From: Chrysomallon squamiferum
Taxonomy: Eukaryota; Animalia; Mollusca
DNA length: 64,000 bases
Reading direction: 5' to 3'
NCBI GenBank assembly: GCA_012295275.1
Contig: CM022673.1
Location: 15,500,001 to 15,564,000, forward strand
Shown one piece after another: positions 51,382 through 64,000 of this stretch. The translations under genes were made by a program, and so were the position numbers. Below the pieces are notes generated by a model. The model had not been told where the DNA came from. It did not search any database and worked only from the letters and a program-made list of their open reading frames with translations. The stretch's first letter is position 1; each line of letters starts with the position of its first letter.

Positions 51382-52926
51382 AGAATAAACGAATGAATGC
51401 ATTTTTGTTAAGTCTCAAAACGCGGTTACATTTTACTGGTTTCCAGAATACATCTATTTGTTATATGCACCTTCTCGTGGGCAGTTCAGCACATTTCATG
51501 GTATTTCGTTAAAAATGCTCTTATAACACAGGCTGTGACGAACTATGTGCAGAGGTCAACAAAATTACGATAACATCTTCGTGAAGAGATTAAGTAAATA
51601 ATGGAAGCATATAAATTGTAAAACGAAATACTGACATGATCTCATTTTGTTCTTCTTCTTTTTTTCTTTTTTCTTTTTTTGTATTATTATAATTGTTTGT
51701 TTGGTTGGGGTTTTTTTCGTTTCTTTTTTCTTGCGGGGTTAAAAACATTTCATCAAATAATGAATTTTTATTAAAAAAAAATATATATTTATAGCATTCT
51801 TTTTTTATTTATTTATTTATTTATTTATTTTTTTAAATTTCGTATTTCATTATTATTTTTTTTTTTTTTTTTTTTTTTTTGTATGAATGTTCAGATTTAA
51901 AGAATTTTGTACAGCTCTTGGAATCTTTCGATCTGTAGTATAATAAAAAAAAATAAAAAATGTTTACAAGTAATTTCTATTTGTGTATGCGGAATCATGC
52001 AAATCATATTGACAGTCTCGGACAGTGTGCCAGTAAATAATTTAAAGATTGAAAAATAAAAAATATAAAAGAAAGAAAGACGCTTTCATGACACTTTAGC
52101 ACTAAGAAAAAACATTTCAGAATAGCTGTTTAAATTATTAATAAATAATAAACGGTCATTGAACCTGATTATCTATCTATCAGTATCAATCTGTCTGTCT
52201 ATTTGTCTATATATATATATATATAGATATGTATATAAAGAAGAAGATGGTCAATATTATTATGACAGTTGTTCTTGTTTCATTTTTATCTTATTATTAG
52301 TAATAATAGCAGTAGCAGTAGTAGTAGTAATAGCAGTAGTAGCAGGAAAGTAATAGTAACATGTTATTTTATTGAATCGGACAATGTAAAATACTTTGTT
52401 GTAGGATTTAGTTTTTTTACCAAAATAAGGAAGCAAACACAAGGCCCACGCAAGAATGACATTACAGAAAACACTGTCACACGTTCTGTGTTGAAATAAA
52501 AAGTTCAAATGATTAAAATAAAGATAAAACTAACAGAAACATTCTAAAGGAAACATTTTACACAGAGATGACTTTTTTTTTACAATATCGTAGTCATAAA
52601 GTTTTACACACTACTAAGGTATGTGATTGCAAGCGAAAAACGGAAGAAAGAGGTAGGAACGCGGATTGACAGAGAGAGAGCTCAGTAGGAGAATAGACAC
52701 TGGAGCGTATGATGATTTTATTTTTTATAATATTTTTTTGATACACATACAGCTACCTGATGCAAAAGTTATTTCAAATGTGAAATAATTGTGTTTACAG
52801 TATGCTTCAATACTTTGACTAACAATACAAATAAAAAATAATATTAAAACTAAACAGCTTCTAAAATCCAACACACTTCTTAACAAATATCTATCTATAT
52901 ATATGTCTGTCTGTTTATCTATCTAT

Positions 52927-52970
<44 letters not shown>

Positions 52971-53557
52971 ACTGTTTGTCATTTTTGAAAAAACCAATCA
53001 TTGCTAAGTCTTCATAGATATGATGAATAATACAAGCTCACTACGTTTCAACGATTTCAGAAATTTTATAACGATTCTCTTAGACAAACGAGCCAACAGC
53101 TGTAACGTTAACAAGACTATCAATGACACATGAAGAGTTTTATTCTCATATTTTTTTTAAAAATTTCTGTTTGATTGTATGTCCATAAGGAACACAGTTA
53201 TCATTATTTGTATTGTATGACGCGATGAACCACCAATTAAACTTCGCGTCTTTCTTTTGACTCTGTATTTCACACAGTAAGTGTTGCTTGGGAAGAACAT
53301 TCAACAGAAAAGAATTTTATTTTTATGTCTTAGGATCTAAGGTCACCAGACTATGACGTACAGTGCTGGTCTACAAATATATAAAGTAGGTTAAAGTAGG
53401 TAAAAAAACACCTGATTTCGTAACTCACAGAGTTTACTCATTAAACAATTAAAATTATTATTTTTACTTCCTCCTGGAACTTCATTAAAGAAAAGGAGCA
53501 ACAATTTTATTTATAATTTTTGATAACAATTTTTTTTAGTTAATGTCTTACTCTGAA

Positions 53558-53643
<86 letters not shown>

Positions 53644-54032
53644 CAGCCAAACAGACAGACAGACAGACAGACACATAGGTAGATAGAAACAAACTAAAGC
53701 GGATATAATCTAAATTATATATAATCAATGTGAGAAAGTTCATTTTATAAATGAATTTTCTCACATTGATCTCTTTATATCAGTGACCAAGTTTTCGCCT
53801 AGCTACAGTTTCCCTCTTTCATTTCAGTTTTAAAGCTCACGTTTCGATGACAATAATCGTAACATCAGCCTTTGCAAATAGTGGAAAAGCTTTGTTCGTC
53901 GTTCTACGTTTAATTGTCTGATAGAATGCTTTCACACTGAACGATCGACCGAACAACATCAAAAGAACAAAATAGAAAATATAATGAAATTGAAAAGTTG
54001 AGGAGTCATTTAGTGTGTGTGTATGTGAGTGC

Positions 54033-54151
<119 letters not shown>

Positions 54152-55033
54152 ATTACGAGAAAAAAGCGAGAGTTTATTTGTAATGTACAACATGAATATT
54201 AGAAAAACAATTCATATTAAATAAAATATGTGACGTTCACTGTTACAAGTACTGTTAATAAAACATATTTGTTTCTAAGTGTTTCACAGTACATATATAT
54301 ATATATATATATACTGTATATATATACTGATAAATTTATTTCAGGATAAAAGCCATGTGTTGTCTACTGATGTATAGTTTTTAATGACAAAAGCCTGTAA
54401 TAAATTTAATTAGTGAAAATCGATGACATGCTCAGTCAAAGTGAAATAAACAAATGCATAATAATAAATAAAATTAAAAATATAAAAATTAAAACCATTA
54501 TCGAGGTAAAAAATTATTAGGAAAAGTTGTTTATTTTTTTTTTTTTATTATTATTATTTTTTTTTTAAGATACAAACTACGTTAAGATAAAAAAAAATTC
54601 AATATGAATAAGCAAATCTTAATTTTTCCTTCACTGATTTGCTTTTGAGGGATTTTGGGGTGGTTTTTATTTTGTAGTTTTATTAAAAAAAAATTATTAT
54701 TATTATTGTTGGGGGGTTTTCAGCCAGCAATAAAATTAAATGCATGCGGAAAAACATATTTTCAGTTATTCAGTCGTGGAAAAAAGTTTACGAGCCCAGA
54801 AAAAACCTGACTGAAATTTTGTTTAATGATATATATATATACCCACACACAGAGAGAGAGAGAGAGATGATTAAAAAAACATACCTTGATTTTAAAGGAG
54901 TGATTCATTTTAATGATATTTTGACTTAACGAATTAGTATTCTTGCTTTTAGTATAATTATATATCTGTTTTAAAACAGTAAATGTTTAGCAACTGAAAC
55001 TGAATCTTAAATAATTAAATTCAGCTTCAGTTT

Positions 55034-55110
<77 letters not shown>

Positions 55111-56257
55111 ATACCAAAAACAAATTCATAATAATAAAAACTCAGATAGACTGAAAGCATATAGTTGTTTCTCTTACCTTTTAATTCCTGGTTTCCTTCC
55201 TGTACAAACTCTTGTTTGCGGATTTCCAAGGAAGCGAAAGTTGACAGTCGACTTTTATTCTACGCCGTGCGGAAATCGAATACCTTCTCTGTTCTCTGTC
55301 GTGTATCTTAACGGGGGTGAGTAAATAAATGGACGCCTTTTTTCTCTGAAACACGTGACTGTAATTAATTAACGGAATGGATTTTCTGTCACTTGTATAT
55401 GTTTCTGTCTTATTAATGCTAATTTTGACTTCTCTTGAGTGCCGCTATAAGCAGATGAGTATACACATACACATCACTAGTGGTTCAGTATCATTTTCCC
55501 TGCGAATCAAAACAATTGGTTAAACAAAATGGAAATTCCTTTATTCACCAATCAAACACAAGAACGTCTATGACGTCACCTCTGTCGGACTTTTTTTTAA
55601 TTTTTTATGACGAAAATCCATCAGCAGAGACAGGCCCCGTTTATAGATAAGTTTATTAAAGCCTTGATGACGTCCAATGGCTTAGGCTGAACAAAAATGG
55701 TCAACAAGACAACCAGAGCCTTAACGAAGGGACTCCAGAAAAAATAACGATTATTCCGGCTCAATTACATTGTATTCTGTGATGGCGACAATGGCGTCAT
55801 GAATTGGCTGTGAAGCTTTAATTTCCACAAGTCGTCTCTTGCCGCTGATTTTTGCTTGCTTCTGCCAAAATTCGATGCAATATAATTTGCAAAAGGTTTG
55901 AGTATCTCGATTGTGTTAACTCTCAAATTTTCCCTTTTATCAAGTCTGCCCTGCATTTATTTAATAATAATAATGAGAAGAAGAAGAAGGAGAAGAAGAA
56001 CAAGAATAAAAGAGAAAGAACAAGAACAACGAGGATAACATCAACAATAATAATACAATGCGACGATTCTTTATTAAAGAATAAAAGAATGAAACAAACA
56101 TTTCATTTCCCTCACAGAAATTAGCAACTGCTACATTACTGCTTCACTCCTAAGTATAGACAAAAAAATAATTTAAAAAAAACAAAATTAAGTATCATGT
56201 ATATTATATTGTAATCATTATTCTGATTACCTCTATTACTACTACTACTACCACTTG

Positions 56258-56313
<56 letters not shown>

Positions 56314-56638
56314 GAGAAAAGAAACACACAAAGAAGGCTCTCTGTTATTAACTAAAAACAAATATCGTTGACACGAACAGCGGCGTTATAGTGGTTAAGT
56401 TCCTGGTTATGAGTCTTGAAGACTCTTTGGTCGCCTCTTACTACCCAAATTTACCTAGTTGAGTATAATCATTAAACTTTTTTTTTTCTTTTTCTCCTCT
56501 TATAAATAAACCGACAGACAAAGAGAGGAATGTATACAGATGCAGAAACAGCAAGTTATAAAGAGAAAGAGAATGTGATATATCGACTGAGCAGTATGCC
56601 ATAGAAAGATATGTTTTAACTAATTCGTTGAGGTATTT

Positions 56639-56730
<92 letters not shown>

Positions 56731-59079
56731 ACTATACGATGACAGGTTCTTATGGTCAGTATTAGCAAAAAATTCTAATTTTCTATTTCTATGTAGAAAT
56801 CATGTATACGTGTATGTTGTGAATGTCATGATCGTATTATTTCTAATCAACGCATCGAGCAACTTATTGTCATTATTTTTTTACACTGTTCACAGATACA
56901 ACTGGCTGTGGTTCATATATGTATATATTATATTACTGTTACCGTAAAGGAAAAAAAGATCACAGTTGTCTGTAAATGATAAAATACCAGAGATTATTTT
57001 TCTCAAATCTATCCAAAACAAATAATTTGTTTGATGTTTTTATCATTTTCACATGGAGACTTACTTAATGTTACCAATAACCAGTAGCTGATTAATTCAA
57101 TTAATATAATCAGTGACAAAACAAAGAGATGTGGGAAAGGACAGAAAGTGAAATCTAAAACAAGATAGTGAGTGCTTAACAGGTGGAATGATTGCATTAA
57201 TCAAAACGAATAAGAGAGAGAGGGGGGATGGGGGAAGACAAGCAGAGTCAGAGACAGACGCAGAGTGGGGGTCAGATAGATAGAGAAAGAGAAAGATGGA
57301 ATGAGAGGCAGGGAAAGAGACATAGAGAGACAATGAGATACAGACACAGAGTGAGAGTAAGAGAGAGAGAGACAGAGAGAGGACGAAGAAGAGAAAGTCA
57401 GCATACTGTTAATGGACAAAGACAATAATTTAACAACTGTCAAAAGAATGATTATTCCAATAGGTTTCTTTCATTAAAATAAATTTCCATAGTAAGACTT
57501 CACATTCATTGACATTTAATACACGTTACATTTGACTTTACACTGCTGTCAGAACCTACTATCATAAACCATTATTACAAAATACGTCATCCTTCGAGAC
57601 CATGGGAATTTTGTCAGAAAACAACGTAATTAAAGCGGGAGTTTCTATACATATGAACCAATAAAATTTCAATGAAAATGACTTACTGCCTATAAACAGG
57701 AAAACACTCGACAAATTACTGTTCCTGCGTGTTTGTGAACTACAGTTTACACTCCAATTGAGAGCTTGGATTTACCATTTAAAGAAATTTACATTCGACA
57801 GCATCCAAACGATTAGTGGTAATAAAATGAACGTAAATATATATGGATTGGTAAAGACAAAAAAGAAATAAAAGTGATGAAGTTTTATATATATATATGT
57901 TTTCATTTTTGTTATAAATAGGTATGGTTAGACAAATAGATATTGAAATAATGAATTGTTTGTTTTTGTCGTTTCCTTTTATATTCTGTTTTCTTGTAGC
58001 TGAAGTTCCGTCGCAGAATTCTCGTCTCTACAGTTCTGGAATCAGTTCCATTCAAATACCCATTTCTTGTATTAGCCACTTCTACCATTATTTTTGCAAC
58101 ACATTTTTTTAACGTACTTTCCTTCCTGTGTATACTACTGTTTCGTGTCTGTTATACTCCAAATAAAAAAAGACCAAGTTACACAACAAATAATCGTATA
58201 GATAAAAATGCACTGAGGAGTCGTACATCGACCATTCATTCCTGGATTTTTTTGAAAATGTTAATCTAAATCTCATGTTTCACTTAAAGAAAATTAATGT
58301 AATTTAATCCCAGGTTTCCGTAGCAAACAAAACAATAAAAATAAAAATTATAAAAATAAAAATTTTGAAAAAGTAATAATAATAATATTAAAAAAAAATA
58401 ATAATAATAATGATAATAATAATAACAATAATAATAATAATAGAATGTTCATTCGACCCGACTGAACATTGTGGTCTGCAGTTGGACGATGTGACACTTG
58501 AGTCAGCTTTGGAAGAGCATTTTGACCTCGTCATATTTGTTGTAATCAAAGGCCGATTATGATTTGGAAAATGACTGCACTGATTAAGCAAGGACGTCCA
58601 TATCGATTGTTTTATTGCGTGCTGTCAACACTAACATATGCTGTTTCTCTGACTGACATTTAAATAAATAAAGCCGAACGACTTTGAGCAAGAAATGGGC
58701 CAATTTGTGACTTATTATTCACGCTTTCTCAAGTGGTACCAAGTTAGGTTTCGTTGATGGGTTAACAGATTAATAAGCAATTATGAATTTGTCTCCGTTT
58801 TTGAATAGTGGATTAAAAATGTCTGACAGTTTCTGGTATCGTCTGATGCTGAGTTTGATATACTCTTTCGTCTCTTAAACATTTTAAAAGTAGATTATTA
58901 TATTTCTGAATACTTTAATACTGAAAACATTAAATGAAGGATTTAGAAAACGAATGAATTAATCAATCAATAGATGTTTTAGAAAATACATCTTCAGGTT
59001 AACAGTTTTAAAGTGTGATAATTATTTTAGTATTTGTTGTACTGTTGTGATCTCAGAGACAAAATATACAGTTCCCAGA

Positions 59080-59122
59080 CATGGCTTACTCTTTCCTATT
59101 AACAACAAAGAATCTTTTATTT
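59080..59122 (-). mobile_element. SINE core fragment
   Basis: Reverse complement ataaaagattctttgttgttaataggaaagagtaagccatg aligns by eye with the core at about 45870-45910. Confidence 0.55.
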
Positions 59123-59805
59123 TAAAAAAAAATGAAGAAAATAACTATCAATAACAAAAAGCGCATACATCGTAGAAGAATGTGGAAAAAGTGCTCAGTG
59201 AAACAATGAAGTGTGAATAAGAAAGAAATGTGAAACCACACTCACACGCACACACACACTATGACAATAAATAGTTTGCGTATCAACATTGCAAATTTCC
59301 TTTAACATTTCCCCATAACTGTTAAAAGCTTATACAATAATCCATATGTCTTCCATTTCACATATTTACATAGTATTAATTAGTTAAAGTCTAAATTATT
59401 AGTTTTCATTCTTTTAATTAACCATCACTGATAACCAGATAACAATGTTTTTTGATCCCATTGTTGTTGTAATATCTTATTTGTTTTCGTTTTCCTATCA
59501 TAGTATTAACATTTAGCCGATTCTAATTAATGAAAACGAAGTAGCATCGTGATAAAGAATCACTGGTTTTTAATGTACGACAGCTCATTTTCATTACTAG
59601 ATATAACGTCTTATATTTTCAGTAGTGCTTTGTGCTGTATAATGGCGATCATTTATAACCTACGTTCAAAATCTACCGAAGTGCAAGCACAGAAATGTAA
59701 TTGGGATTAGACAAAAAGGTCATTTACTGAATAGGATTCTGAATATATATCATTATATGTACAAAAATAGCATTCATCATAATTAAATGTACAACTCAGA
59801 TGTAG

Positions 59806-59888
<83 letters not shown>

Positions 59889-60350
59889 AAATACCATAAC
59901 GAATTAGTTCAAACTTATCTTTCTATGGCATATTGTTCAGTTGACATATCACGTTCTCTCTCTCCAAGAAAAGGTGTTTAAGAAAGTTTTTTCCAGAGAG
60001 AAAAGATAGAGAGGGACAGACAGAGAGAGACAGACAGAGAGAGACAGACAGACAGACTGACAGACAGTTTACTAAGTAGAACGCGAAACAGTTGCTGTAA
60101 ATGAATTCTGCATTTATTTATTTTAAAAGAGTGAGTTTGAATTGCGTAAACAGTAAACTCAAAATTGTTAATCAGTACATATTTCAATTATTTATACTGT
60201 ATATCCGCATCGTCAAGAGACTGAAATAAAAATACCAAAACGTTCTGTCTTCCATATATGTATCATAAATCATTTAGACCAAAACCCATTTTTATACTTT
60301 TCTATTTTTTCTTGGAGTTTTTTCGTTTTTATTTTCGTTTTTTTCTTTCG

Positions 60351-60382
<32 letters not shown>

Positions 60383-63300
60383 AGGTGAATGACCATAATA
60401 GTTACTATAATGGAATATACATCGAAACCATTTCATCAGCTGTCTCTCCTCTACTCCTACCATCTCCTGAACCCTACGGAAACTTCAATATTCATAATTT
60501 TTATACATAGCTTGAACTACAAAAGCATTTTTGCTGAAATGTCTTGAAAGCCAAAATCCTTCGTCAAGCGTATATCTAAATATCTGTAGGTAATTGCATT
60601 TATCTCGATATCTGCGATATGCTCTGAGTTGATGTTCTTCCAAATTTACCAGCCATTATCTCTAATATGTTTGGTCTGCTGTCGTCATGACTAGTTTACA
60701 TCAAAAAGAAATGCGTCGATAATACTGCCTCCCAGGCATGGCCTCTCCTCCATTTTCGGACGTTGTTTTATACGGTAAGCTAGACGAACTCATACTCGCC
60801 GATAATTTTTTCATGTGTCATTGTGGATGGAAAAGCGAAAAAGTTGACCAAATGGACAAGAAGGGGTCGAATAACCCTGGTCTGGGTCAGAGTTTCGTCA
60901 TAACTGAGCAATGACCTTTAGATTTATGTAAATCATTGATCTCGATCCAGCCTAACTCTTTTTCACAATCTAATCTCAAAAGTTCATAGCTTCCTTAAAA
61001 TTGAATAAAACATATATCTTTAGTTTCGTATAAATTTAGTAAATTATCTATCTTTAGTTTAGTCTGTATTTTATCTCTGAATGATATAGAAAAAGATTAT
61101 TAGTACTAATATAAAATTTAAAATAAAATAATAATCAAAATAAAAACACAAACGTGATGTACTTGACATAGTTTCATAATAAATGTGTAGAAAAAGAACA
61201 TAAAAGAAAACACAAAAACAGCTTTTGCTAGCGTACTGTTCAAAAATGAAATCGACATGGTCTGATTATTATTATTATTAATCCTTTTAAAAGGCAATGA
61301 TTTGTTTTATCATAAAAAATCAATAATCATTTCGTTTGTCATTCATTTTGTTAATATGCACCTGCCAGTGTCTGTCTGTGCATGAATATGTATGTTCATA
61401 AAGACAAGAAGATAAAAAGTTATAAGTCTGAGACATACAGCTAATGAATGAGCAAGTAAAATGAATGTCGTCGTAAATATTAATTATTACAAGCCATTTT
61501 GATTGACTGATATACGCTGACGAGCATTAAAATTTCTGACGGCCAGAATTTATCAAAATATTTTCATACGACAATTTCATATTAAAGTCATTGAAATGTT
61601 ATTATTACATTTTTTTTTCTTTATTATTATTATTATTTAATCGTCGTCCATTTTAAAATTGATGCTCATTTTGCTCACTGAAAACTCCCAGTTTACTTTG
61701 TTTTCTTGTGCAAGATAATCAGGAAATGTTTATTTTATTTTATTTATTTATTTATTTATTGTTGTTCCTATTATTGCCGTTGTTATTGTTGTTGCTACTA
61801 GCATTTTATTTTTTATTTATTTCTTATTTTTTATTTTCTATTATCTTATTTTTATTTTATTTTATTTTATTTATTTATTTTTTTTTTTTTTTTTTTTTTT
61901 ATTTATTTTTTTTTTATTATTTGTATTAGTATTAGTGTTATTGGTTAAATAAAGGAAAAATATTTTTAAAAATAATCTTAATAATAAAAAAAAACGCTGG
62001 TGATAATAATTATTTTGAATTTATTGCTATGGTCCTGAACCTAATTGTAATAATTAAAATAATAATAATAATAATTAGAAGAAGAAGAAGAAGAATTTGC
62101 ACACATTATTATTATTATTATTATTACTACTTCTACTACTACTACTATTGCTACTATTATTATTATAAAAATAATAAGATGAAATATATATTTAGTGTTT
62201 AGTATGAAGAAAGTCCTCGAATCAAAAATAAATAAAACAAAATAAAATATGTATAATACAGGGAGTGTCAGATCTTTTAACAGATGGTTGAACCAGTCTC
62301 GACATTAAGGTGAATGTTTATTAAAACCTGATCCTGGTACATCTAAAAAGAATAACTAAATTGTAATCAGTATCTGCGTTAACATATCACTAATCTACAT
62401 TAGCAAATGGAATTTTTCAGCTTTATTATTATTGTTGTTGTTATTGTTATTATTATTATTATTATATTTATTTTAATTTTATTTTGTCATTACTATTTTA
62501 ATTTTTAATTTTATTTATTTTCTTTTAGGTGTTGTAACAGTATAGTAATTGTGTGAAATAACGTATCTCAAATCTACACTAATCAGTAGTTTACATCACG
62601 AAAAGTTTATTATTATTATTAGACAACTGTATTTTTACCTCTGCTAGCCTCAAGACAAGGAAGAATAAAAGAAAACTGTTCAGCGAATGAAATGATTGTT
62701 CTTTTTCTAAAACACAAAATTTAGTCTTTTTATTCATCAAATGATAATTAAACAGGTTAGTGCACCAACACACCAAAACAGTATTTTTATTTTTATTTTG
62801 TGCTCAAACTGAGTAAATTGCGACCCTCTGAAATGAAATTTTTTTTTTTCCTTTTTCTTTTTAAAACTGGCGGTACAATAACCATATAACATTATCTTTA
62901 TACATACATATAATGCTGTAGTAACATAAAGTCATTATGAAGTTATAGTGCAGTTATAAATATGATCAATTCTGACTTGATATTATTAAAAAATCTATTG
63001 AAACTGTATGATTTAATTATAAATATGATAAACCTAAATTTAATATTATTATAAATGTATATAAACGTGTGTTTGTGTATGTTAAGAAAGTAATTAAACA
63101 AGTTATGGCATAAGGCGTAAACAAATTTGGTTGTTTCATTTTAATCAAAACATATCTAGACTTTTTTTAAAATAATTTGTTTTCGTTTTATTTTTTTTTA
63201 TTTTTTTTTTTTTTAAAGAAGATATTTGAATACAAAAGATTTTGACATCATCAGTGACATCAAGATGGAGAATTATCAATTTTTTTTTTTTTTTTAAATG

Positions 63301-64000
63301 GCACATTTATTTGAAATTAACGGAACTTATTTCAAGATAAGATCATCCAGTACAAGTTCACTGCAAAATCAAACAGTGAGAAATCTTGCTCGAGGTACTT
63401 GCCTTCTCTTGTAAACATTTTAATTAAAATTTATTTTCCTATTTAATTAGCTGGGTTTGTCCTTTTTAGTTTTTGTTCACACTGTTATTTTTATGTTTGT
63501 TTTGTTTCTTGTACAAAATTGTCTTTAGTGTTATTATTTATTACTGGCTGAATAACATCTTTTTATTTTATACTTTATTTTTTATTTTCACATGTATCAT
63601 ATCAAATAAATAAAAATAAAAATAACAACACTGACAACAAGAATGACGACGATAATAATAATATTACTATTAATACATAAATAAAAATCTTTCCAGTAAC
63701 AATTTCAGTTGTGATATGTTTCTCCACTTAACAATAATGTGATGTCAATATTTTGTATAATTCACGGAGTCAGAATGAATACTATTATTCAATTACCTTT
63801 ATAAACTATTTCGTGAGTCACAATTCTAACAAAGTGTCTTATGATTTACTGTACTGATCATGTGAAAAATCTCAGAAACTCTATCACAAAATTTCAGTTT
63901 CTTTGGCACATTAAGAAAACAAAAAAAAATTCATTCATCCATTTACTCTATTTCAAGACTTCTTTTTCTGAAAAATAAAAAAAACAGTTTTAATTTGAAG

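Noticed and set aside
58441-58562. Plus-strand frame ECSFDPTEHCGLQLDD... with C-x7-C spacing like calcitonin
   Set aside because: Opposite strand to the calcitonin gene, no polypyrimidine tract, no dibasic or Pro-amide signals, and no partner exons.
60738-60780. ATG-initiated mini-exon MASPPFSDVVLY followed by GTAAGC
   Set aside because: No recognisable homology or downstream exon within the window; cannot be supported without transcript data.

Overview
AT-rich, microsatellite-dense animal genomic DNA. It is most likely a mollusc, probably a gastropod, inferred from a mollusc-type calcitonin peptide and the SINE relics. Almost all ORFs in the supplied track are microsatellite artefacts, so the real genes were assembled by hand from splice sites. 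Genes: a secreted three-kringle protein (+, 6146-8017); a decayed paralogous kringle gene (-, 14999-16457); RPS13 (+, 6 exons, 19634-24130); a single-coding-exon omega-like glutathione transferase with a CPF motif (+, 27269-27973); a secreted single-kringle mini-protein (+, 30777-31511); and a 5-coding-exon calcitonin-type neuropeptide precursor absent from the ORF track (-, 33816-40447), carrying one canonical Pro-amide peptide and a second atypical acidic Cys-ring peptide. Mobile DNA: a decayed Penelope-like element whose GIY-YIG nuclease seems nested ahead of a normally pre-nuclease motif, with a degenerate hammerhead ribozyme upstream; an RNase H-bearing I-group LINE relic; an 81-bp MADE1-like mariner hairpin; other MITE/DNA-transposon relics; and several tRNA-SINE fragments. 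No convincing coding exon was found from about 41 to 64 kb. All family assignments come from motif recognition, with no database search run.
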